DNA of 64,000 nucleotides from Rhodospirillales bacterium. Its GTDB lineage: Bacteria > Pseudomonadota > Alphaproteobacteria > MPNO01 > UBA2964. Made by a program: the position numbers and the translations under genes. Positions 46,661 to 56,252 of the stretch are shown here, piece after piece. The notes under the pieces were generated by a model. It was not told where the DNA came from. It ran no database searches and was given only the letters and a program-made list of their open reading frames with translations. The DNA is taken from NCBI GenBank assembly GCA_038116945.1, contig JAYOEY010000003.1, positions 128,662 to 192,661 of the forward strand, written 5' to 3'. Position 1 is the first letter of the stretch; each line of letters opens with the position of its first letter.

Positions 46661-47914
46661 TCACCCCTCAAAAAACACGTAACTCCGCACCACCACGTTC
46701 CGCCGGTTCCGGGCCGTCGCGGGCGCTGTCGGGTCCTTGCACGCCGTGTGAAACGACCAGCGCGAGACCGAGCCGTCGGCGATGCTGTCGTAGCATTTCA
46801 GCATCGAGACCTCGGTCTCCTTCTGCTGCGGGAACCAGTACCATTCATGGTCGGGGTGCCAGGTGAAGCGCGTGGTCTCGCCCACGCGGTCGTCATAGAT
46901 GCGGTAATTGTTGATATAGGGCTGCTTCGCGAAGGACGGCCAGGCGCACAGCACGAACGGGTACTGCCCGACCGGCTCATCCGGCTTGGCGAGGTTGATC
47001 GACATGAAGCGGCGCGACATCTTCTCGCGCGCCTCGGCTTCGGTGTAGTTCTGCTGCCGCCCGAAATTGCGCAGATTCTGCGTCAGCAGCTCCCAGCAGC
47101 GCAGCCGGCCGGAATTGTCATTGAGATCGTTATGCACCCGGTTGGAATAGCTCGACTGCACGCCGGGATTCTTCGCATCCTGGTTCTCGGTGCGGTCGCC
47201 GGTATAGTCGGCGTCGAAACAGTCATGGTTATAGACCAGCGCATCGGTCGCGCCGGGGAAGAAATCGAGCAGCAGCTTTTCGATCTCGGGATAGAACACG
47301 CGCTCCACCTCGGCTGCGTCGTAGATATTCTCGAGCTTCGACTCCAGATGCGCCACCGACAGGCCGAGCCTGTCCATGCATTCGGCGCTGTCCGGGCGGA
47401 GGCCGGGATAGTACTCGCCGATCCGCCGCGCATCGCGCAGCACGACCGGGAAGTACAGATTGTATTTCTGGTTGTTTTCCTGCTGACGCCGGATCAGCCC
47501 CATATCGACCGGCGGGGCGGGGTTGCGCCACAGCGAATTCGACGGCACCACCGAATAGGTTGGCCTTTCGTAGACCGTATAGCCCAGCGGCGCGACGATG
47601 CCGCCCTCCGGCGCCGCGATCCCCTGCTCGTTAATATAGGCGAGGCAGTCTTCGTATGTCCGGAAGCCGGGGCCCCATTTGGTTTCGATCGGGCCGGGCG
47701 GCGCGTTCTCGATCCGCGCGACCAGGTTCGGCCCCTCATCGTCGGCGGCCAGCGCCAGCGCGTCCTTCAGCGCCTCGCCCGTGCCGGCATCGCCATCGCG
47801 CTCGAACGACAGATAGGACAGCCCGCCATTGGTCGCGATCGGCGGCGGCTGCCCCTCGGTCAGCTGCAGCGGCGGCACGAAGGATGCGGATTGCCGGGTA
47901 TCGATGTGATCCAT
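46661..47914 (-). CDS. CmcJ/NvfI-like Fe(II)/2OG-type oxidoreductase with N-terminal extension
   Basis: VHND (HxD), HEWYWFPQQ...LKCYDS, FHTA..DPTAP..R...VR. Confidence 0.7.
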   Translation of the reverse strand: MDHIDTRQSASFVPPLQLTEGQPPPIATNGGLSYLSFERDGDAGTGEALKDALALAADDEGPNLVARIENAPPGPIETKWGPGFRTYEDCLAYINEQGIAAPEGGIVAPLGYTVYERPTYSVVPSNSLWRNPAPPVDMGLIRRQQENNQKYNLYFPVVLRDARRIGEYYPGLRPDSAECMDRLGLSVAHLESKLENIYDAAEVERVFYPEIEKLLLDFFPGATDALVYNHDCFDADYTGDRTENQDAKNPGVQSSYSNRVHNDLNDNSGRLRCWELLTQNLRNFGRQQNYTEAEAREKMSRRFMSINLAKPDEPVGQYPFVLCAWPSFAKQPYINNYRIYDDRVGETTRFTWHPDHEWYWFPQQKETEVSMLKCYDSIADGSVSRWSFHTACKDPTAPATARNRRNVVVRSYVFFEG

Positions 47915-47996
47915 GAGAGCCTCCCGTCCGGAAAATTCGTGCACGAAGTTTGGCACGGCGGATGGGTGCGGGGGAAGCGGTTACAGAACCAGGCAC

Positions 47997-48040
47997 GATC
48001 ACCGCGCCCGAATTCACTTCACGCCTGTGGAAGGCGATCT
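47997..48040 (+). repeat. 44-bp direct repeat, left copy
   Basis: GATCACCGCGCCCGAATTCACTTCACGCCTGTGGAAGGCGATCT, 40/44 identical to 48488-48531. Confidence 0.9.
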
Positions 48041-48056
48041 CCCGAATCCTGTTTTC

Positions 48057-48344
48057 CTATCGGACCAGGTCGTCGTAGAGGTCACGCCAGTCCGGGTTCA
48101 TCTCACGGATCAGATTGACCTTCCATTGGCGCGGCCAATGCTTGACGTTCTTTTCACGCTGGATGGCTGCCAGGGCCGTTTCATGAATTTCGTAGTAGAC
48201 GAGACGGTGGAGGTTGTAGCGTTTCGAGAATCCCTCTACCGACCCGGCTTTATGTTCATGGGCACGGCGCGCGAGATCGTTCGTGACACCGACATAGAGC
48301 GTTCCGTCGGGTCGATTGGCAAGCATATAGACGAAGTACGCCAT
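48057..48344 (-). CDS. Stand-alone GIY-YIG nuclease family protein (95 aa)
   Basis: YFVYMLA...LYVGVT.DL.RR..EH...Y....LVYYE....AIQREK..K.W.R.WK..LI...NP.W.DL. Confidence 0.92.
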   Translation of the reverse strand: MAYFVYMLANRPDGTLYVGVTNDLARRAHEHKAGSVEGFSKRYNLHRLVYYEIHETALAAIQREKNVKHWPRQWKVNLIREMNPDWRDLYDDLVR

Positions 48345-48363
48345 TATGCGATTCAACCGGCGA

Positions 48364-48466
48364 GAGATCACCGGGACAAGCCGGGTGATGACGCCTCAAA
48401 TTGTTCTCTGTCTTGCCCGAGCCCAATCTTTCGTCATGCCCGGGCGTGTCCCGGGCATCTTGCGGA
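48364..48466. repeat. Pair of CGTC-type REP palindromes upstream of the GIY-YIG gene
   Basis: GAGATCACCGGGACAAGCCGGGTGATGACG (48364-48393) and CGTCATGCCCGGGCGTGTCCCGGGCATCT (48432-48460). Confidence 0.85.
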
Positions 48467-48487
48467 GGCAGAGCGCGCCGTCAGAAG

Positions 48488-48531
48488 GATCACCGGGCCC
48501 GAATTCACTTTACGCCTGTGGACGGCGACCT
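48488..48531 (+). repeat. 44-bp direct repeat, right copy
   Basis: GATCACCGGGCCCGAATTCACTTTACGCCTGTGGACGGCGACCT. Confidence 0.9.
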
Positions 48532-48627
48532 TTATGAAGCCGGCCCCCCCTCCCCGCCTCCCCGGCAGTTGAGCGCCTTCCCGTCCCGTGATAGCAAAAC
48601 GGAAAGTCGAATGAACGGAGGCTACCG

Positions 48628-49926
48628 ATGACCGCCCTCGATACCGACTCGCTGCGCGCGCTGATCAGGCCCGACCGGGTGCATCGCGACTATTACCTGA
48701 ACCCGGACATATTCAAGCTCGAGATGGAGCGCATCTTCGGGCGTTCCTGGCTGTGTCTCGGCCATGACAGCCAGGTGCCCGAACCGTTCGATTTCATGAC
48801 CACCTCGCTGGCGGGACAGCCGGTCATCGTAACCCGCGACCGCGACGGCGAGGTGCATGTGATGTTCAACCGCTGCACCCATCGCGGCGCGCAGGTCTGT
48901 ACCGCGCCCAAGGGAAACACGCGCCGGTTCGAGTGCCCCTATCACGGCTGGGTGTTCCATGCCGACGGCAGGCTGGCCGGCACGCCCTATCCCGGCCGCT
49001 ATGCCGAGGGCTTTATCGAGGAAGGCAATTTCGACCTGGCCCGCCCGCGGGTCGAGATCTATCGCGGCTTCATCTTCGCCAATCTGAGCCAGGACGCCCC
49101 GGACCTGGCGGAGTTCATGGGGCCGATGCTGGGCTGCATCGACCATATGGTCGACCGCGCGCCGGACGGCGAGGTCGAGGCCCCGGCCGGCATGTTCCGC
49201 TATCGCTGGGACGGCAACTGGAAGATCCAGATCGAAAATCTCAACGATCTCTACCACCCGATGTTCACCCACGCCTCGACCACCGCGGAGGACGGCACGC
49301 AGTTCCGCCGCCAGGGCGCGGAAGAGGACGATGCCGGCAAGGTGAAGCTGCTGGAGGAAGGCGCATCGCTCAACGCCCAGTGGGAGGACCAGCTGATCGA
49401 GGGCTTTCCGTGGGGTCATTCCTCGATGCAGAGCTTCCCGGTCGACAAGGGCAACAGCGGACCGGTCTATGAACGCTACCGGGCGGCGATGGTGGAACGC
49501 CATGGCGACCGCGCCGAAGAGGCGATGCGGGTGAAGTACCACAACTCCATCTTCTTCCCGCAATGGTCGCTGCAATACCTGACCCAGCATATCCGGATCA
49601 TGAATCCGATCTCGGTCGACTGCACCGAGAACATCATCATCCCGCTCAAGCTCAAGGGCGCGCCGGAAGAAATGTGGCGGGCGCAGGTGCGGTCCAACAA
49701 CAATTCGCACGCGCCCTCGGGCATGGTGATGGCCGACGACATGGACGCCTGGACGCGCTGCCAGAACGGGCTGAAGGCGCAGGGCAATGACTGGGTCATC
49801 TTCGCCCGCTCGCTGGGCGAGGAGAAGCTCGACAACGCGGGCGGCTTCACCACCACCGGCACGTCGGAGGCCCATTCGCGCCAGCAGCACAGGGCGTGGC
49901 TGCACTATATGTGCGACGCGGCGTAA
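48628..49926 (+). CDS. Aromatic ring-hydroxylating dioxygenase alpha subunit
   Basis: NRCTHRG...CPYHGW Rieske motif and NWK..IEN..DLYH..FTH. Confidence 0.9.
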   Translation: MTALDTDSLRALIRPDRVHRDYYLNPDIFKLEMERIFGRSWLCLGHDSQVPEPFDFMTTSLAGQPVIVTRDRDGEVHVMFNRCTHRGAQVCTAPKGNTRRFECPYHGWVFHADGRLAGTPYPGRYAEGFIEEGNFDLARPRVEIYRGFIFANLSQDAPDLAEFMGPMLGCIDHMVDRAPDGEVEAPAGMFRYRWDGNWKIQIENLNDLYHPMFTHASTTAEDGTQFRRQGAEEDDAGKVKLLEEGASLNAQWEDQLIEGFPWGHSSMQSFPVDKGNSGPVYERYRAAMVERHGDRAEEAMRVKYHNSIFFPQWSLQYLTQHIRIMNPISVDCTENIIIPLKLKGAPEEMWRAQVRSNNNSHAPSGMVMADDMDAWTRCQNGLKAQGNDWVIFARSLGEEKLDNAGGFTTTGTSEAHSRQQHRAWLHYMCDAA

Positions 49927-50405
49927 TGGCCGACACCCTGACCGAGATCGAACAGTTCCTCTATCGCGAGGCGCGTCTGCTCGACGAGCGCCGCTTCGAG
50001 GACTGGATGGGGCTGTTCGCCGACGACGGCTATTACTGGGTGCCGGGCGTGGCGGATGCTGAAGACCCGTACGAATGCGTCTCGATCTTCTTCGACGACA
50101 AGCCGCTGATGAAGACCCGTATTCAGCGGCTGCGCCATCCGCGGATTCATTCGCAGGAGCCGCCCAGCCGCACGACCCATTTCGTCTCCAACGTGGAAAT
50201 CGACGAGGATTTCGGCGAAGCGAACGAAATGCTCGCATACTCCGCCCAGATGATGCTGGAATTCCGCCTCGATCAGCAGACCAGTTTCGGCGGCAGATGC
50301 CGGCACTTGCTACGCCGGACGGACGGCGGATTCGAGATCGCCTGGAAACGCGTCGACCTCGTCAATTGCGACGGCATCTTCAAGACGCTGACGATCCCGT
50401 TCTGA
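49926..50405 (+). CDS. Aromatic ring-hydroxylating dioxygenase beta subunit
   Basis: FLYREARLLDERRFEDW, SQEPPSRTTH, KRVDLVNCD. TAATG overlap with the alpha subunit. Confidence 0.9.
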   Translation: MADTLTEIEQFLYREARLLDERRFEDWMGLFADDGYYWVPGVADAEDPYECVSIFFDDKPLMKTRIQRLRHPRIHSQEPPSRTTHFVSNVEIDEDFGEANEMLAYSAQMMLEFRLDQQTSFGGRCRHLLRRTDGGFEIAWKRVDLVNCDGIFKTLTIPF

Positions 50406-50421
50406 GCTACTAACTTTCAGT

Positions 50422-50451
50422 CGTCATGGTCGGCCTTCGCCGACCATGACG
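50422..50451. repeat. Perfect CGTC-tagged hairpin (REP-like, possible terminator)
   Basis: CGTCATGGTCGGC-CTTC-GCCGACCATGACG. Confidence 0.75.
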
Positions 50452-50550
50452 GTTAGTCAATGGAGCGATCAGCGGTAATTACTTCCGTCGTCTTTCCATT
50501 CCTGTCGCTTGGACAACTGCGCGGTTTTCTCCGTCCCGCTGACGGGGTTC

Positions 50551-50583
50551 CACCCCCGCGCGCGGGGGAGGGTCAGGGAGGGG
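50551..50583 (+). repeat. C/G-rich palindromic repeat unit
   Basis: CCCCCGCGCGCGGGGGAGGGTCAGGGAGGGG, same family as 63595-63699. Confidence 0.7.
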
Positions 50584-50584
50584 C

Positions 50585-52054
50585 TCACCCCGCTTCCAGA
50601 ATTGCCGCCGCGTCCGTCTCCAGCACGGTGCCCCTGAAAAAATCCGGGTTCATGCCGCCGTGGAGCCGGACCGTGTTGCCGTACATGAAATCGCGGTACT
50701 GCGCCTCGGTCATCAGCCCGTCTTCGAGCTGCTCGTAGGCTTCGACCGCGACATGCCGCGCGTCGGTCACGTCCCAGTGGCCGATATCGGAGGAGAACAG
50801 CGCCTTGACCGGGAGTGAGAACGGCATGCCCTCGCCGCGCAGCGCCGCCCCGGCATAGGGCTCGTCGGCCTCGCACCCGAAAAAGAACGGCTTCTGGAAC
50901 CGGTCGACCAGGTCTTCGATCCGCGTCATGCCGCAGGCGTGGAACTCGTCGACCAGCTTCGGGTCCAGCCGGTCCTGCTCGCCCATCCCGACATCGCGCG
51001 GCGGCGGGTCGAACCCGTCCGCCTCGGTAATGTGATCGGCGATCACGCCGTCCGAATATTGCCGGAACAGGGATGCCATTTCCTGCGTATCCACGTTGCG
51101 GGAATCGAAATAATGCACGCCCTCGGCGTTGCGTTTCAGCCAGCGCTCGCGCAGGCCGGAAAACAGCACCCCGCCCCACGACACGCCGCCTTCCATGAAG
51201 CCGAAATTGAGGCCGGGAAAGCGCGCCGTCACCCCGCCGAAGAACAGCGCCTTGGCGAACATCTCGCCGCCGGCGGCGAAATGGCCCAGATGGTTGAACA
51301 TGAAATTATTGACGGCGCGGCGGAAGCCGAGCCCGAACGTGGTGTTGTGCGCCGTCACCGCGACGCCGAGCTCGACGCATCTGGCCCAGACCGGGTCGTA
51401 ATCGTAAGGGGAATCGAGCGCCAGCATGTCGCAATACTGCGCCGCGCGGGCGACGCGCGGGTCGGCATCCTTCATCCCGTCCGGCGTGCGCAGCACGAAA
51501 TTGGCGAGCGCGATCGATTTCAGCCCCAGCGTGCCGATGGCGTGGTCGAGTTCCGCCAGCGCTTCCTCCGGCGTATGGGTCGGGATGATGGCGACCGGCG
51601 TCATGCGGTCGGCATGGTCGCGGTAGAGATCGGCCACCATCGTGTTGTAGGCGCGGCACAAAGCCGGACGGAACGTATCGTGCGGCAGGTTGACGTAGAT
51701 CAGCCCGGCGGAGGGATACAGGATCGCGAAATCGATGCCGAGCTCGTCCATCCGCGCGCGCCTGAGATTGGGCAGCGCCGCCGTCGCCCGGTCGAGCGTA
51801 TTGGCCCCGGCGGTCGCCCAGAATTGCGGCCTTCCCATGCGCCACGCCATGCGGTCGGCCGGCGTGGCGTGATCCCACTGGAACCGGCGCGCCTGCTCGT
51901 CCCACGCCTGGTACTCCGCCCGCATCTGCGCCCCGAACAGCCCTTCCAGATAATCGAGCACAATCTTGCGGTACTCGAGAATATGCCCGTCCGCGTCGAT
52001 GGTGGGGTGGCCCTGTCTCTGGCGGATTTCGGCGGCGGTGGGGCCGTCGGTCAT
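50585..52054 (-). CDS. Amidohydrolase_2 family protein (paralog of 1028-2512)
   Basis: IDADGH, YDYDPVW..CVELGVAVTAH, GGVTARFP.LNFGF.EGG, FSSDIGHWDV. Confidence 0.85.
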   Translation of the reverse strand: MTDGPTAAEIRQRQGHPTIDADGHILEYRKIVLDYLEGLFGAQMRAEYQAWDEQARRFQWDHATPADRMAWRMGRPQFWATAGANTLDRATAALPNLRRARMDELGIDFAILYPSAGLIYVNLPHDTFRPALCRAYNTMVADLYRDHADRMTPVAIIPTHTPEEALAELDHAIGTLGLKSIALANFVLRTPDGMKDADPRVARAAQYCDMLALDSPYDYDPVWARCVELGVAVTAHNTTFGLGFRRAVNNFMFNHLGHFAAGGEMFAKALFFGGVTARFPGLNFGFMEGGVSWGGVLFSGLRERWLKRNAEGVHYFDSRNVDTQEMASLFRQYSDGVIADHITEADGFDPPPRDVGMGEQDRLDPKLVDEFHACGMTRIEDLVDRFQKPFFFGCEADEPYAGAALRGEGMPFSLPVKALFSSDIGHWDVTDARHVAVEAYEQLEDGLMTEAQYRDFMYGNTVRLHGGMNPDFFRGTVLETDAAAILEAG

Positions 52055-52130
52055 GGGATGCTCCGGGGCTTTGTCGGTGGGTCCCTATCGTACAAAGACG
52101 AAGGAAGGACCGCCACCCGGGGGCGGCTTG

Positions 52131-52246
52131 CCTCGTCTTTCGAGACGTTCGCTCCGCTCACCCCTCAGGATGAGGCAAACCTGAAAAACTGACCTCATGT
52201 TGAGGAGGCCCGCAGATTTATCTGAGGGCCGTCTCGAAATACGAGG
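52131..52246. repeat. Inverted doublet of a second REP-like family (CCTCATCCTGAGG...CGTCTCGAA type)
   Basis: 52131-52175 is an imperfect reverse complement of 52193-52246 (CCTCAT..TGAGG...CGTCTCGAAA.ACGAGG). Confidence 0.7.
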
Positions 52247-52255
52247 TCAATAGAA

Positions 52256-52285
52256 GAAGGGGCCAGCCAATTGGCGGGCCCCTTC
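52256..52285 (-). terminator. Stem-loop downstream of katG
   Basis: GAAGGGGCC / GGCCCCTTC stem. Confidence 0.55.
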
Positions 52286-52308
52286 GGTTTCAGCGATGTG
52301 TCGGCAGA

Positions 52309-54480
<2,172 letters not shown>

Positions 54481-54499
54481 CTAACGATCTTCAAACCCG

Positions 54500-54592
54500 C
54501 CTTATTGCGAATTGGAATTAATATAATAATTGACATACGCCTTTTCAATGGCATGAACACTATTCTAGAATTATTTTATTTTATTGTATTTT
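54500..54592. promoter_or_regulatory. AT-rich katG promoter region with two degenerate Irr ICE-like motifs
   Basis: ATTGGAATTAATATAAT (54511-54527) and TCTAGAATTATTTTATT (54564-54580) each match 13/17 positions of TTTRGAAYNRTTCYAAA. Confidence 0.4.
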
Positions 54593-54631
54593 GCGCGACC
54601 GACGGTCGCTGCAAGTCGCTGGAATCAAACG

Positions 54632-54658
54632 AAAAGGGCCGGCATTTCTGCCGGCCCT
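54632..54658 (-). terminator. Rho-independent terminator of the UbiD operon
   Basis: AGGGCCGGCA / TGCCGGCCCT stem followed by a U-tract on the - strand. Confidence 0.7.
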
Positions 54659-54683
54659 GCGTTCTCCAACTGCTTGGTATTTG

Positions 54684-56108
54684 CTACCCCGGCAGCACGT
54701 CGCCGAATTTCTTCATGATGCGCGCGTCCAGATCGGGCGAATTGCGCGCCACGATGGGGAACGTGTCCTTGCGGCGATAGGGGCGGCAGGCATCCACCAC
54801 CACGCGCGAATTGCGCGGGTCCTCGTGGCTGTAGGCCATCGGGTCGAGATGGGTGCTCCAGCAGCCGTTGAGGATATCGACACCGTCCTTGGGATCGCAC
54901 CTGGTGCACATCGACCAGATCACGTCGTTCAGGTTGGCCGGATCGATATCGTCGTCGACCACGATCACCCAGCGGTTGGCGTAGGCCCCGGCATGGCACT
55001 GGCTGGCCACCAGCCCGGCCTGCTTCGAATGGCCGCCATACATGGTCTTGACCGAAACCGTCAGCCACATGCGGCTGCCGCCGGCCTCGTGCGCCCAGAC
55101 GCCCTTGACCTCGGGGATGCCGGCGGCCTCGAGCTGGTTCCACACCGCGCCGCAGCGATAGGTGCCGCGATAGAACGTGTCGTCATTGGGCGGCACCGCC
55201 GGGATCGCACCGAGCAGGATCGGATCGTCGCGATGCATGAAGGTCTCGATGCGGATCGCCGGCTGCTTGGTCTCGCCGCCCGCGTAATAGCCGGTCCACT
55301 CGCCGAGCGGGCCTTCCGTGATCACGTCGTCCGGATGGATGAAGCCCTCGAACGCGATCTCCGCGTTGGCCGGCACCGGCAGGCCGGTCTTCGGCATGTT
55401 GATGATCTCGACGCCCTCGCCCAGCAGTCCGCCGGCGCAATCGTACTCGTTCTTGCCGTAGGGCATCTCGAGCCCCGCCACCATGAACAAAGCCGGATGC
55501 ATGCCGACCACCACGGCGACCGGGCAGGGCTCGCCCTTCGCATGGTACTTGTTGCGGATGATGTCGCCATGCTTGCCCTTGGACGTCATCAGCGACGCGG
55601 TGCCCGGCCCGTGCGACTGCACGCGGTAGGCGCCGTAATTGATCCAGCCGGTATCCGGGTCGCGCATCACCACCATGCTGGCCGTGCCGATGAAATAGCC
55701 GCCGTCGAGCTCGTGCCATTTCGGGGTCGGGATCTTCTCGATATTGACGTCCTGGCCCTCGTAGACGTTGTCGAGCAGCGGCCCGCCATTGACCTCGACC
55801 GGCGGGATCGAAGGCTGGTTCTTCATGTAGTTGCGCCAGTAATCGACGAGGCCGACCTCGGAGGTATCCACCGGCAGGTCGAGCGCGATATTGATGCGCG
55901 GCACCGAGGTCAGGATGTTTGCCAGCACGCGGTAGCCCTTGTCGTATCCGGGGATGTCGTCGAACATGACCGCCGGGTTAGTCATCTTGCGCATGTGGAT
56001 ATCGACGATCGCGCCGATCTCTTCCTCCCGGTCGGCGCCCGACACGTGCTGCAGCTGTCCCGCCGCCTCGAGCCCGTCAATCCAGTCCCTCAGATCCTTG
56101 TTCGCCAC
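54684..56108 (-). CDS. UbiD family prFMN-dependent (de)carboxylase
   Basis: DLRDWI..LE, NYGAYR, EGPLGEWTGYY, VVDDDIDP..WSMCTR. Confidence 0.9.
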   Translation of the reverse strand: MANKDLRDWIDGLEAAGQLQHVSGADREEEIGAIVDIHMRKMTNPAVMFDDIPGYDKGYRVLANILTSVPRINIALDLPVDTSEVGLVDYWRNYMKNQPSIPPVEVNGGPLLDNVYEGQDVNIEKIPTPKWHELDGGYFIGTASMVVMRDPDTGWINYGAYRVQSHGPGTASLMTSKGKHGDIIRNKYHAKGEPCPVAVVVGMHPALFMVAGLEMPYGKNEYDCAGGLLGEGVEIINMPKTGLPVPANAEIAFEGFIHPDDVITEGPLGEWTGYYAGGETKQPAIRIETFMHRDDPILLGAIPAVPPNDDTFYRGTYRCGAVWNQLEAAGIPEVKGVWAHEAGGSRMWLTVSVKTMYGGHSKQAGLVASQCHAGAYANRWVIVVDDDIDPANLNDVIWSMCTRCDPKDGVDILNGCWSTHLDPMAYSHEDPRNSRVVVDACRPYRRKDTFPIVARNSPDLDARIMKKFGDVLPG

Positions 56109-56159
56109 GATGTGTTCTCCTGTGTCCTGATGGGCCGTTTCCGACCCGCTTCATCATAC

Positions 56160-56243
56160 TGTCATCCCGGACCTGATCCGGGATCCCTATATCCGCTGTC
56201 TGCGCGTTGGCCCGATGGACCCCGGCTCAAGGCCGGGGTGACA
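56160..56243. repeat. TGTC/CGTC-type REP doublet
   Basis: TGTCATCCCGGACCTGATCCGGGATCC...GGACCCCGGCTCAAGGCCGGGGTGACA. Confidence 0.8.
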
Positions 56244-56252
56244 ACAGTACCG

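Noticed and set aside
47997-48531. CRISPR array or IS element
   Set aside because: There are only two 44-bp copies, about 450 bp apart, with no cas genes and no transposase or terminal inverted repeats.
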